Below, piece by piece: positions 1 to 9,882 of a stretch of DNA of 61,453 nt. The position numbers were made by a program, and so were the translations under genes. Location of the stretch: contig JALETS010000093.1 of the NCBI GenBank assembly GCA_022781395.1, positions 1-61,453 of the forward strand, in the 5' to 3' direction. This DNA is from Lachnospiraceae bacterium. GTDB taxonomy: Bacteria; Bacillota; Clostridia; Lachnospirales; Lachnospiraceae. The notes beneath the pieces are model-generated. The model was not told where the DNA came from. It saw nothing but the letters and a program-made list of their open reading frames with translations, and did not search any database. Position 1 is the first letter of the stretch, and every line of letters starts with the position of its first letter.

Positions 1-3000
1 CTGGGCATACAGGATTACCCGCGCTTTATCCTTGGCAGACAGTCCGGATACCTCATCCCCCGGCTGATAGGAAACACCCTTGCCGTCTGCCCTGGTATTC
101 CATCCGGTAAAATCGTATCCTGCCCTGCTGAAGCCTTCCTCCTGAATCGTATATTCCTGGGAATAGTTTAACTCAGCACGCTCCATGGTGCCGGCTGCGT
201 CTTTTGCATTCTTATTATACTCCAGACTGTAAGCATACTCCCGCCAGACTGCTGTCAACTCAAGATCCTCCGCATAGATGCCTTTTGCAATCTTATTACC
301 GGTAATCAATTCTTCCGTATCATTTACCTGCCAGCCCATAAAGGCATATCCGGCTCTGGACGGTGCATTTAAGATATAATCTTTGCTTACATCATAGCCG
401 GACGGATTCGCCTTGGATGATGCCTGTCCTTCATTGTAATCATATGTAATGCTGTATTTGTTTAAGATCCACTTGGCATAAAGGGTCAGATTGCCCATGC
501 TGTCAGTAGGAGTAAACTTTCCTCCTTCTTCCCCATCTATCCGGTTCTGTAATCCTTTGTCCGTATACCAGCCTGCAAACTCATATCCTTTTCTGGTCGC
601 AGGGCTTAATGTTAAGGTGTCGCCCGTTTTATAGGAAAGAGGATTGGAAGCGCTGTTTTCTCCCCCGCCCAGGTTATAGGTAATGCCATAACTTGCAACA
701 ATCGTATAGCCATTATTCTTTGCCCATTTTTCTGCCGCAGATCCGGACACACAATGGACCTCCAGATCCTCCATTCCTTTAAATGCAGTGGATTTTATCG
801 TTGTCACACTGGCAGGAATATAAATCGACTTTAACCCGGTCATCCATGCAAATGCATAATCATTTATTGTCGTTACCCCTGACGGTATCTCTAATTTTGT
901 TTCACTTGCAAATCCTGCATCTGAAAACATGTAGGCGGATATTGCTTTTATTCCTTCGGGGAACTTTACTGTGCTGATATTACAACCCTCAAACATTCCA
1001 TATCCGTCAACAGTTATATTTTTTTTGCTCTTTATCTCTACTGTAGATAAATTGGCACACCCGTTAAATGCACATACCCCAATGTATGTTACATTCTCCG
1101 GTATGATAATGGATTCAATGGCAGTATCACTGAAAGACCAGTGCCCTATTTTAGTTAATTGCGAACCTTCCTGTATTGTTACTTCTGTCAGATTTTTTGC
1201 ATCGCCAAATGCTTCTCGTCCTATTTCTGTTACGCTTGCCGGGATTGTTATTTTCGTATCATTTGCAAATGGTGTAGACTTAAACATATAGGCAGGTATT
1301 GTTTTCATTCCTTGCGGGAATGTTACTGTACTGATCGGACAGTCAACGAACACTCCACATCCATCTACCGTTATGTTTTTTATACTCTTTATATCTACTG
1401 TAGATAAATTAGCACATTCGTCAAATGCTCCGTCCCCAATTTTTGTTACATTCTCCGGTATGATAATGGATTCAATGGCAGTTTTCCTAAAAGCAGATTT
1501 CCCTATTGTAGTCAGTTTAGAACCTTCTGCTATTGTTACTTTTTTCAGATTATTTACATTGTCAAAAGCATAACTACCTATTTCTGTTACACTTGCCGGA
1601 ATTTTGATTTCTGCATTTTCCGCAAATCCTGCAGACGCAAACATATATGCCGGTATTGTTGTTACTCCTTCCGAAAATTCTAATGTACTGATGTTACAGC
1701 CCAAGAACAGCATACTATCAGAAGCAAATTGATCCGGTTGTAAATTCCGGCTTTCTATTGTTACAGAAGCTAACTTAGAACAGGAATTAAAAGCACTTTT
1801 ACCTATTGTTGTAACGTTCTTGGGAATGACTGCACTTTCCATTGAATGACAAGCAGCAAACGCATCTGCACCTATCCTTTGAACACTCTCCGGAAGCTTC
1901 AAATTCTTCAATCCGCTGCAATTAAATGCCCAATCCCCTATTGTAGTCAGTTTAGAGCCTTCCGCCGCCTTTATTCCTGTCAGATTTTCTGTCCAGGAAA
2001 AGGCATAGTTCCCTATTTCCGTTACACTTGCTGGGATTGTGATTTCTGCGTTTTCTGCGAATCCCGCAGACGCAAACATATAGGCAGGAATTTTAGTTAT
2101 TCCTTCCGGGAACTTCACTTCTTCAATACTACAGAATGCAAAAGCTCCACTTAAGCCATTATCATCAGTAAGATTATGCTCATACTTTATATCTTTTGTA
2201 CTTCTTATATCTACTGTAGATAAACTGTTACATCCGTTAAATACACCTTCCCCAATATTTGTTACATTTTCCGGTATAATAACGGATGTGATGTCAATTC
2301 CAGCAAAAGCCCCTTCTCCTATTGTAGTCAATTCAGTGCAGCTCTCCATATCTACTGATGTCAGATTCCGCGCATAGCGAAAGGCATAGGCTCCTATTTC
2401 TTTCACGCTTGCCGGAATTGTGATTGCTGCTCCGTCCTCTGCAAAGTCTGCACCCGCAAACAATTTCGAGGGTATTTTTATCATTCCTTCCGGGAAATTT
2501 ACTGTCTTAATATTACAGTAATCAAATGTTGCTTCACCACTTGTGGGATCATAATCACATGCTATGTCCTGAGTACTTTTGATAACTACTGTGGATAATT
2601 TGTCACATCTGCAAAATGCTACTTTCCCAATTTTTGTTACATTCTCCGGTATAATGGCTGTTTCTAAATTTGTACATCCGTAGAATGCAGCTTCACCTAT
2701 TGTTTGAAGTTGACTATTTTCTTCAAATGCTACGGAAGTAATTTTCATGTTGTCCTGAAATGCACCTTCTCCTATTGCCGTAGCCTTTGCCGGAATTGTA
2801 ATCTCCGTTTCCTCTCCGGTATACCCTGTAATGGTGGTGCCATTCCATTCAAAACCATCTTCACTTGTTGTAAGTTCACTTATACCGTTTTCAGAGATAC
2901 TTGATTTTAACTCAACTAATGCCGGTGTCTCTTCTTCTGCATCCTGCTCTGTTTCCGGCTCGTCCAAGTCCTCTTCATCTGATTTATCTTCTGCTTCAGA

Positions 3001-3288
3001 GTCTTCCTCAACATCTGATTCTTCCGGATTTTCAGAATCCTTGTCTGAAATGTCCGTTTCCCGGTTTTCAGAATCCGGATTGTCCTCTGAATCCTCTTTC
3101 TTAGATTCTTCATTTTCGTCTGAATTTTCATCTTCAGACTCTTTTTCTTCCTGTGTCGACTCCTCAATCTCTTCTTCTGCATCTACAGGATATGTTGTCA
3201 CTTCTGCAGCACTTACCGGCACTGATGTTGTCAGCATCCCGATGCTTAAGAAAAGCGCAAGGAACCTTGCTACCCTCTTTCTAACCAT
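1..3288 (-). CDS. Large secreted surface protein with BspA-type leucine-rich repeats and InlB B-repeat (Listeria-Bacteroides) domains; 3' end runs off the window
   Basis: Not in the ORF track (no stop in window). Manual translation from ATG 3288 after a GAGGAGG RBS: signal peptide MVRKRVARFLALFLSIGMLTTSVPVSA, acidic D/E tract, repeated 'IPASVTEIGxYAF' and 'IIPENVTKIG..AF..C..L' units, then 'TRKGYEFAGWY..LTLYAKW' and 'RAGYDFTGWNT..ILYAQ' B-repeats. Confidence 0.92.
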   Translation of the reverse strand, partial: MVRKRVARFLALFLSIGMLTTSVPVSAAEVTTYPVDAEEEIEESTQEEKESEDENSDENEESKKEDSEDNPDSENRETDISDKDSENPEESDVEEDSEAEDKSDEEDLDEPETEQDAEEETPALVELKSSISENGISELTTSEDGFEWNGTTITGYTGEETEITIPAKATAIGEGAFQDNMKITSVAFEENSQLQTIGEAAFYGCTNLETAIIPENVTKIGKVAFCRCDKLSTVVIKSTQDIACDYDPTSGEATFDYCNIKTVNFPEGMIKIPSKLFAGADFAEDGAAITIPASVKEIGAYAFRYARNLTSVDMESCTELTTIGEGAFAGIDITSVIIPENVTNIGEGVFNGCNSLSTVDIRSTKDIKYEHNLTDDNGLSGAFAFCSIEEVKFPEGITKIPAYMFASAGFAENAEITIPASVTEIGNYAFSWTENLTGIKAAEGSKLTTIGDWAFNCSGLKNLKLPESVQRIGADAFAACHSMESAVIPKNVTTIGKSAFNSCSKLASVTIESRNLQPDQFASDSMLFLGCNISTLEFSEGVTTIPAYMFASAGFAENAEIKIPASVTEIGSYAFDNVNNLKKVTIAEGSKLTTIGKSAFRKTAIESIIIPENVTKIGDGAFDECANLSTVDIKSIKNITVDGCGVFVDCPISTVTFPQGMKTIPAYMFKSTPFANDTKITIPASVTEIGREAFGDAKNLTEVTIQEGSQLTKIGHWSFSDTAIESIIIPENVTYIGVCAFNGCANLSTVEIKSKKNITVDGYGMFEGCNISTVKFPEGIKAISAYMFSDAGFASETKLEIPSGVTTINDYAFAWMTGLKSIYIPASVTTIKSTAFKGMEDLEVHCVSGSAAEKWAKNNGYTIVASYGITYNLGGGENSASNPLSYKTGDTLTLSPATRKGYEFAGWYTDKGLQNRIDGEEGGKFTPTDSMGNLTLYAKWILNKYSITYDYNEGQASSKANPSGYDVSKDYILNAPSRAGYAFMGWQVNDTEELITGNKIAKGIYAEDLELTAVWREYAYSLEYNKNAKDAAGTMERAELNYSQEYTIQEEGFSRAGYDFTGWNTRADGKGVSYQPGDEVSGLSAKDKARVILYAQ

Positions 3289-3315
3289 GTTTCTCTCCTC
3301 CTCTTTCTATAAATA

Positions 3316-3367
3316 AAGCACATCTAAAAGTATATATCATATAATATACATTCTTTTAGGTGTGCTT
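3316..3367 (-). terminator. Long hairpin between the Tad operon and the LRR gene (terminator or leader structure)
   Basis: AAGCACATCTAAAAG ... CTTTTAGGTGTGCTT inverted repeat with one mismatch. Confidence 0.55.
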
Positions 3368-3499
3368 ATATCTCTGCATATAACTATTCTGTTAACATTC
3401 TGTCCTCGTTATCTTTAGTCAATTATATTTTCTGCAATTTTCTACAGAATATCATATTTTCTTACTAATTACAATCATCTGTTTCTTGTCATGCTTTCA

Positions 3500-4834
3500 T
3501 TACCGATAACAATAATTCAGATTCCCAAACCGGATTTCATCACCCGGTTCAATCTCAGTTGTCTCCTGAGGCAACAGCTGAAGTCCGTTCTTATAGGTTC
3601 CGTTTGTTGAATTCAGATCTGTAAGCAGAATCTTGTTATCCTTCTTGTCAAATTTTGCATGAACTCTGCTGACAGAAGCATCGGGAAGAATATAATCAAC
3701 GCAGCCTGCCATTTTACCAATTGTGCAGGGAAATTTCTGTAATTCAATATGCTTTTTGTTTTTCTTATCCAATGCATACAGCTTATACTCTGTCGTCTGG
3801 GAAGCATCATAGAAAATCGTATTCCCATATTCAGCAGACTCTTCGGAACATTTTTCTTCATGCACACATAAATTCATATCTTCCATAAACATGTTCTCTA
3901 ATGGAATCAATTGCTTCTCTGTCTCATATGATTCTGTCTGCTCTCTGGCAATTGGCCGTTTACCTTCCTGTAATTGCTCATTGCTCTTTTTTCTTCGATT
4001 CTTTATGATCTTCGTCAGGCATATGAGCAGGCAGACTCCCATAGTGGCAGAACAGCCAATCAGGATTAATATTTCTTCCGAAGACAATTCATATAAATAG
4101 TAGACTATCATAACTGCTGCCATACCACATACAGACAATCCGGCAAACACAGGATAAAACAGACTTTTTTTCTCATCTGTTCCTGTCTCAGGTTCAACAG
4201 AGAGGGATAAATTATCTGATGGAAATTCTATGACATCCAGGCCGTTATCAGTTATTGCCGGATCAACAATGACTTTCTCCTCCTGTCTCTCACACCGGTC
4301 CAATAACCGTAATGCATCATCCATAGAAAAGCCGGCTTCCTCCGACATTTCATAAATCCGATACATACAATCAGACAACTGCTGATCCTCCGTATCAATA
4401 TGATCCAACAGATACTCCATCAATACTTCATATGGATTTTCTGTTTCCGGCTCATAATCCGGATAATAAAGCCCAATGTATTTTTGATCAGTCAAGTCAT
4501 AGAAGATTGCCTCCGGTAAAAGAACAAACTTCGTCTCTTCCATAAAGAATGAACCCAATCTGCTATAAATTCCATAAAGCTGCCGGAACAGATCTTTTAG
4601 CTGACTATAAGACAGCTTCTTACCCTGATAATAGTTTTCTAATGTGGTTTTGGAACTGATATCATAATAAAAATATGTCTCTCCGTTCACATGTCTGACC
4701 GAGCACTTAAGAATCTCCTGAATTTTACCTGACGACAGAATCTTATATTGATAATTTCTGCTCACTTCCTCCCGCATACTCTGTAATATCATATAATTGT
4801 GTCTGTAGTCTTTATAATATTTTGCCTCTAACAT
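3500..4834 (-). CDS. DUF6382-like N-terminal domain, two TM helices and C-terminal FHA domain protein (last gene of Tad operon)
   Basis: FHA motifs 'TIGK', 'SVSRVHA', 'DLNSTNGTYKNG', 'GDEIRFG'; two hydrophobic segments mid-protein; N-terminus 'YYDISSK' resembles DUF6382. Confidence 0.85.
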   Translation of the reverse strand: MLEAKYYKDYRHNYMILQSMREEVSRNYQYKILSSGKIQEILKCSVRHVNGETYFYYDISSKTTLENYYQGKKLSYSQLKDLFRQLYGIYSRLGSFFMEETKFVLLPEAIFYDLTDQKYIGLYYPDYEPETENPYEVLMEYLLDHIDTEDQQLSDCMYRIYEMSEEAGFSMDDALRLLDRCERQEEKVIVDPAITDNGLDVIEFPSDNLSLSVEPETGTDEKKSLFYPVFAGLSVCGMAAVMIVYYLYELSSEEILILIGCSATMGVCLLICLTKIIKNRRKKSNEQLQEGKRPIAREQTESYETEKQLIPLENMFMEDMNLCVHEEKCSEESAEYGNTIFYDASQTTEYKLYALDKKNKKHIELQKFPCTIGKMAGCVDYILPDASVSRVHAKFDKKDNKILLTDLNSTNGTYKNGLQLLPQETTEIEPGDEIRFGNLNYCYR

Positions 4835-4853
4835 ATATGCCTCCTTTTGCCCT

Positions 4854-5300
4854 TTATGGATCTATCATATTTGAAACCCATCTGCACTTACGTATTACTT
4901 TGGTTGGATTGATGATCTGTGCTTTTGCCTGTGTACGAATCTTCCATCCCTCTTTATCATACAAAGTAAAAATATGATGAATCGGCACCTTTACCTGACA
5001 TTCCCCTGTCACGCTTGTGCTATTCCCCTCCCGGTCAACCGATCCGTGTACTTGTCCAACACCAAAATATTTTCTGCCAAACTGTTCCTGTATATGTGCA
5101 CTGATGTAGGGAACCACTTTGTCCTCCTGCTTCTGGATACTTCCCCTGAAACATACCGCATAGGCATCCTGAAACAATACACATTTATCATACGAATAGA
5201 AAGAAAGATATATCAGAAACACAAAAAGAAATACCGTCCATGTAATAATAAAAGAAGCTTCCACAGACATATATCCTTTTTTCATTTTATTCAGAAGCAT
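4854..5300 (-). CDS. TadE-like minor pilin
   Basis: Class III signal KKG/YMSVEASF with Glu+5 followed by a hydrophobic helix. Confidence 0.85.
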   Translation of the reverse strand: MLLNKMKKGYMSVEASFIITWTVFLFVFLIYLSFYSYDKCVLFQDAYAVCFRGSIQKQEDKVVPYISAHIQEQFGRKYFGVGQVHGSVDREGNSTSVTGECQVKVPIHHIFTLYDKEGWKIRTQAKAQIINPTKVIRKCRWVSNMIDP

Positions 5301-5710
5301 AATACTACCCCCAATCCCAATAATAGAAATGGTACAAACGCTACTTCTTCATCCTTATGTATTTTCCCGAGTACTAACAGAACAAGCAAAATTATCGATT
5401 CCAAAACCAGAGCCGCCATAAGAATGAGAACACATTTCATAAATCCCACATATAATCCAATCATCAGCAGTACCCAGCCATCTCCGTACCCTATCTTTTC
5501 CCTCGTTACAAAGCTGATAATCCAGAATATAGAAGCCGGGAGAACTGAAATCCCTATGGATAACCGGGTTCCTTCTATGATGCCGGCTGCGTGCATGATA
5601 ACTGCCGCCGCAATTCCAATCCAGACAACTGCCAGAGGAATTTCCTTTTTGAAACCATCCCATAAGGCACACAATGCTAAGAATACTAATAAAATGATAT
5701 TTACCCACAT
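5291..5710 (-). CDS. A24 family prepilin peptidase (copy 2)
   Basis: Catalytic Asp motifs 'ALWDGFKKEIP' and 'IGYGDGW', C-terminal 'AFVPFL'; start reassigned to ATG 5710, which overlaps the upstream stop. Confidence 0.85.
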   Translation of the reverse strand: MWVNIILLVFLALCALWDGFKKEIPLAVVWIGIAAAVIMHAAGIIEGTRLSIGISVLPASIFWIISFVTREKIGYGDGWVLLMIGLYVGFMKCVLILMAALVLESIILLVLLVLGKIHKDEEVAFVPFLLLGLGVVLCF

Positions 5711-6636
5711 TTGGAGCACCTTCCTCTCCCGCCTGTCTGTGATAAAGGTATTGTATATATTGTTCTCTTTAATCCCGAACAATTAAGCTGTGTATGGTAT
5801 CTGTTACCTTGAGAAGTAATATATATTTCTCTTCCTCCTATTTTTGTGCCGCATCTCTCACATGGATAATACTTCCCTCCATCCTGATTTCTTCTGTTCT
5901 CCACATCGGCAGCACCAACTGTCTCTATGGAAGGATTCAGATAAACACAATTCCGATCCAGATGATATACTGTTCCTGTTTCCGTAATAAAAACCATGGG
6001 ATCTTCCTCGTATGTATCACTTACCCATTGTGTTACATCGTAGCCTGTCCATGCTTTGCCATAATAGCGCTGGGTCATAGAAAACTGATTAAATCCCATA
6101 GCAGCAATAAGCGGTTTTACCTGATAGGAAACCTGAAGATCTATCACATCTCCTGTCCCCATAACAGACGAACCGGCCATTGACATACCCCCTGCTCCAC
6201 TGACAATACAAGACTGCTCCAGATAACTGCTGCCCACATATTTAATAATCTGTCCTTTGGCATAGCCCTCTGTCAGCGCCACACCCGCAAGAGAATCCGG
6301 CAATAAGCTGCCTACGCTGTGTTCATAAGCATACCCTGCAAATGCCATCTTATTTCCTACCTGATGAAGCGCTGCATTGATTCTGCTTTGTGCACCTATG
6401 ATATTCACTGCAGACAAGATATTAATGACGGCAAACAGGAAAAAGGGTAATACAAAAGAAGCCTCCAGCGTCATAGAACCTTTCCTTTTTCCCGAAGAGA
6501 TGATAGAAGACGCCCTCTTTAGCAACCGCAAAAAGAATAGACATGTAGTATTATCTTGTCGATTTTCAAGATATGCCCGGAGAGAATGTGCTGTCGAATT
6601 ATTTAGTTTATGTTGCCGCGATTGTAAAAAGGACAT
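5701..6636 (-). CDS. TadE-like pilin with two C-terminal Cys/His metal-binding modules
   Basis: RKG/SMTLEASF pilin motif; C-terminus 'VFITETGTVYH..C..L...PCERC' and 'IYITSQGNRYH..C..L...RCSKC'. Confidence 0.85.
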   Translation of the reverse strand: MSFLQSRQHKLNNSTAHSLRAYLENRQDNTTCLFFLRLLKRASSIISSGKRKGSMTLEASFVLPFFLFAVINILSAVNIIGAQSRINAALHQVGNKMAFAGYAYEHSVGSLLPDSLAGVALTEGYAKGQIIKYVGSSYLEQSCIVSGAGGMSMAGSSVMGTGDVIDLQVSYQVKPLIAAMGFNQFSMTQRYYGKAWTGYDVTQWVSDTYEEDPMVFITETGTVYHLDRNCVYLNPSIETVGAADVENRRNQDGGKYYPCERCGTKIGGREIYITSQGNRYHTQLNCSGLKRTIYTIPLSQTGGRGRCSKCG

Positions 6637-6655
6637 CTTCTATCACCTCCCGATT

Positions 6656-8089
6656 TTAATAAAATCCATAGCTTCTGGTCATTTCATAAGAATATCCAAA
6701 TCTGCTGGACACAGACAGCTTCGCCTGATAAGTATCAAAACAGCCATCCAGGCAAAACCTTCCGTTGCCCGGTGTTTTGCGTATATCCATTTCCATAATA
6801 TCCATGGCACGGTATGTCCTGTCATAACTGTTCTGCAGGAAAAGCATGATCTGCAGATATTCTTTATAATTTAATCCATTACCTCCAGTATCCTCCGAAA
6901 GGCTTCCTCTTACATCCTTAATACTGTTGATTCCCGTCTTCCAGTCTGATGCCGTCTTCATAATAGGGACTCTGCCTCCCGCCAATAATGTCTTAACATC
7001 TTGCAGGCTTTCCACATAGGCCCATGCAAACAAAATCGTATATTTTACCGGCTCTGCCAGTTCCGGGCAGAGTGCCACTGCCGTCAGTGCCAGTGCCATT
7101 GCTTCCGCTTCCGCAATTTTAGAACTGTCCGACAGAATATAGATGACATTTGCCACCTCTCTCCATCGAAGAAGCCGTTTGGCGATCTGCTCCAGATTCT
7201 TCCAGTCCGTTTCTTCTCCCGCAAGAATGTACTCTATTTGATATTTGAGAAGAGACTTATCCGGTTCCTGTCCATAGTAGCCGCACTTTTCAAATAAATA
7301 TGCCTCAAATACCAGATCATTGGCTTCTCCTGATACCTCCACCGCTTCCTCGCACAGCCCCGTTCCCTGCCTGATAGAGCGATGCGAAATATAATCCTCT
7401 GTATTTACTTTTACTGAAGAGACTTGAGAAGGATCATCCAGAACCAGATTTAATACGCCGCTGCTTCTTGTGGCATTGGCAATATCTGCAGGATTATCCA
7501 ACGGTACTTCTTCATAAACTCCTTCTTCCACCTCTTTCTCAGGCAGACCAATCTCTTCAATACGCCTCTCATATTGTTGTCGCTCTCCTGCCACATCTCT
7601 TGTATCAAGTCCCAGCAGATTCAGTTCGTCCACTCCCGCACTGATCTTATCAAGCAGCGCACCCATCGGATAATCTGACATGTAATCCGTAACCTGTCTC
7701 TTTAATACAGCACCCTGTTCATCCGAAGCAATGGAATACCGGTCAATCTCTACGTCATTGATATTCATGGCCAGAAAATCTCTCGTCCCCCAGATACTTC
7801 CGATACCATCAGTCTGTAGATTCTTTTGTATATAGCTTCTAAGATGCGCTTCGGTATTACTGACAGATGCCTGTCCACCTCCGTATGAGGTATCAACGAA
7901 CAGCAAATCATACTGCTCTAACAGTTCCCTGTGATACTCAGCCAGCACAGAATTCATCCCGATATCGGCTACACACTCAAATTTCATGCGGATGGCGCTG
8001 ATCCGCGCCCCTTCTATTACGGTGAATACAAGGGACAGGATCAGTGTCAGAGATAATGCCAGAAATACCGTCATGTAGCCCCGTTTCAT
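6656..8089 (-). CDS. DUF5702-like TadG-type pseudopilin
   Basis: KRG/YMTVFLAL prepilin-like N-terminus without Glu+5; 'EYHRELLEQYDL', 'YQIEYIL', 'FAWAYVES' motifs; position in Tad operon. Confidence 0.75.
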   Translation of the reverse strand: MKRGYMTVFLALSLTLILSLVFTVIEGARISAIRMKFECVADIGMNSVLAEYHRELLEQYDLLFVDTSYGGGQASVSNTEAHLRSYIQKNLQTDGIGSIWGTRDFLAMNINDVEIDRYSIASDEQGAVLKRQVTDYMSDYPMGALLDKISAGVDELNLLGLDTRDVAGERQQYERRIEEIGLPEKEVEEGVYEEVPLDNPADIANATRSSGVLNLVLDDPSQVSSVKVNTEDYISHRSIRQGTGLCEEAVEVSGEANDLVFEAYLFEKCGYYGQEPDKSLLKYQIEYILAGEETDWKNLEQIAKRLLRWREVANVIYILSDSSKIAEAEAMALALTAVALCPELAEPVKYTILFAWAYVESLQDVKTLLAGGRVPIMKTASDWKTGINSIKDVRGSLSEDTGGNGLNYKEYLQIMLFLQNSYDRTYRAMDIMEMDIRKTPGNGRFCLDGCFDTYQAKLSVSSRFGYSYEMTRSYGFY

Positions 8090-8286
8090 GACATTACCGT
8101 GTTACTGTCTGAAGTAATCTTCTCAAATACGGTATTTACCAAGGACCGCAACTGTGTCTTGAAAATAATAACCAATCCGATTAAAACCACAATGATCAAT
8201 ATGATTTCTACCGTTCCCATACCTTCCTCTTCCTGTAGAAATGTCTTAAATCCTTTCAACTTTCCTGCGTTCTCTTTTCTTTGCAT
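8086..8286 (-). CDS. flp: Flp1-like type IVc major pilin
   Basis: 66 aa, 'EEEG/MGTVEIILIIVVLIGLVIIFK'; GAGGAG RBS. Confidence 0.9.
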   Translation of the reverse strand: MQRKENAGKLKGFKTFLQEEEGMGTVEIILIIVVLIGLVIIFKTQLRSLVNTVFEKITSDSNTVMS

Positions 8287-8371
8287 AACTTATTCCTCCT
8301 TGTTCTTGGTAATTGTTAATTTACGCAACGATTATAGATTTATCTTAGTTTCGCAATAAACCTTTCCTTCA

Positions 8372-9847
8372 TTACATAAATGAAAAATATGCCGGTATAA
8401 TGATAATAACCATAACGATGCATAACATTATCATCATTGGTAACAGCAGCTTTGTACCTGCTTCCTCGCCCAGCTTTTTAGCCAGACCCTTTCTTTCTGT
8501 GAAGGCATTATCTGCCTCCTGCCTTAACATCTGCAGCAGATCATTACTCCCTTTCCTGATATTCTGTGACAAAAGTGCACTAAGCTTCATATATGCCTGT
8601 ACCTGACAACGCTTTCCTAAACGATCATAAGCCTCTGTTTCCGATCTGCCGCTCTGCAATTCATAACAGACCATTGCAATTTCCTCATACACATATCTTT
8701 TCCTTTGGTTACTCTGCTTTTTATAATCTTCTCCCATCTTAAAAAAAGCATTTCTGATCGTCATTCCTGCTCCCATATAGAGTGCCAATTTATTAACGAT
8801 TTCCGGATAATCCAACAGTAGTTCTCTTTTCCTGCATTCCAGTTTCCTGTCTAATTCTCTGCCGCATCCCCAATACAGAACACCGGAAGCAAATAATATG
8901 AGTAATAAGAAATATCCGCTGCTGTCCTCTATGATCTCCTGCCAGACAATTTCCTTTTCTCCCAGACTTTCTGGTAATGTCATCCTTTCTTCATGTTTTG
9001 TCTTCTCTTCCTGCATATGTATCAATTCTTCCAGCCGTTTCCGCAACAGCTCCTTTTCTGTGTAGACTACAGGATTTACCTTAACAAATAGCTGATAATC
9101 CCAAGTCTGTTCTTCATAACAAAAATGTGCCGTCAGAGTAACAATCTCACCATCCGTCAGATCCCGGTTATCAACAGTACCATCCACATTGACCAGGGCG
9201 TAACAACTGCTTTCCCATGATATCTCAAAAGGATACCCGTCCAGCGTTGTGACCAACTGTAAATCTCTCCGTACATCCTCCAGACTTTCATTTTCTCCCC
9301 GGATAACATCCTCCAAAACATTTACTGCCTGCTCATACAACGCTTCCGCTTCCTGCTCCGTATAGACACGTTCTTCCACCAGATAGTCAAATATTTCTTC
9401 CTCTTCTCCTACAATCTGTGCAGATAATTCGATTGGTATATCCCCCTGCCCATTCGGATTTCTTTCTATGGTGCTGCCATTCATCAGTAAAGGATTACTA
9501 TGGGCGCTGATCCACACAGCCAGACAGATCAAATCTCCTAAAAATAGAACCATTAGCATTAAGCTATATTGTGTTATGTAATGATCCCTGACTTGTTGGT
9601 TCACTGCAACAGACGGTTGTAATATCCTGAACTTTTCTTCTAATTGCCGCCTGTTTAAATCTCTTTTCCAATTGTGCCTGCCTTTTGCCAGAAATCGTTG
9701 CAAACTTTGCTGTCTGCGCAGAACATAAGCTGCCATTTTTCGAAAAGGTCCTTTTTCCTCTTCCTTTCGGGATATAATCAGCACTATAAGATATGCTGCT
9801 AAAATAGTCGTATACAAATTGAACATTTTTCTCCATTCCGATATCAA
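8372..9847 (-). CDS. tadC: TadC-like type II secretion F-domain protein with extracellular Ig-like region
   Basis: C-terminal 'LALYMGAGMTIRNAF..LGEEAGTKLLLPM'; central 'DLQLVT..ISWESS..DGTV..VTLTA' Ig-like segment; exact start uncertain. Confidence 0.8.
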   Translation of the reverse strand: MISEWRKMFNLYTTILAAYLIVLIISRKEEEKGPFRKMAAYVLRRQQSLQRFLAKGRHNWKRDLNRRQLEEKFRILQPSVAVNQQVRDHYITQYSLMLMVLFLGDLICLAVWISAHSNPLLMNGSTIERNPNGQGDIPIELSAQIVGEEEEIFDYLVEERVYTEQEAEALYEQAVNVLEDVIRGENESLEDVRRDLQLVTTLDGYPFEISWESSCYALVNVDGTVDNRDLTDGEIVTLTAHFCYEEQTWDYQLFVKVNPVVYTEKELLRKRLEELIHMQEEKTKHEERMTLPESLGEKEIVWQEIIEDSSGYFLLLILFASGVLYWGCGRELDRKLECRKRELLLDYPEIVNKLALYMGAGMTIRNAFFKMGEDYKKQSNQRKRYVYEEIAMVCYELQSGRSETEAYDRLGKRCQVQAYMKLSALLSQNIRKGSNDLLQMLRQEADNAFTERKGLAKKLGEEAGTKLLLPMMIMLCIVMVIIIIPAYFSFM

Positions 9848-9882
9848 TTATCTTTGATAAGCAAACTTCCATTTCCGGAGCA

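Noticed and set aside
850-2800. LRR repeats as diversity-generating retroelement TR/VR pair
   Set aside because: All copies are in-frame coding modules, differences are not adenine-specific by eye, and no reverse transcriptase is present
783-3316. Plus-strand ORFs and the 88-aa minus ORF in the track
   Set aside because: Shadows of the long minus-strand LRR gene, which the track missed because it has no stop in the window
5355-5782. 117-aa ORF 5355..5708 and the long start 5782 of the peptidase
   Set aside because: Alternative frame or extension overlapping the TadE gene; ATG 5710 coupled to the upstream stop fits better
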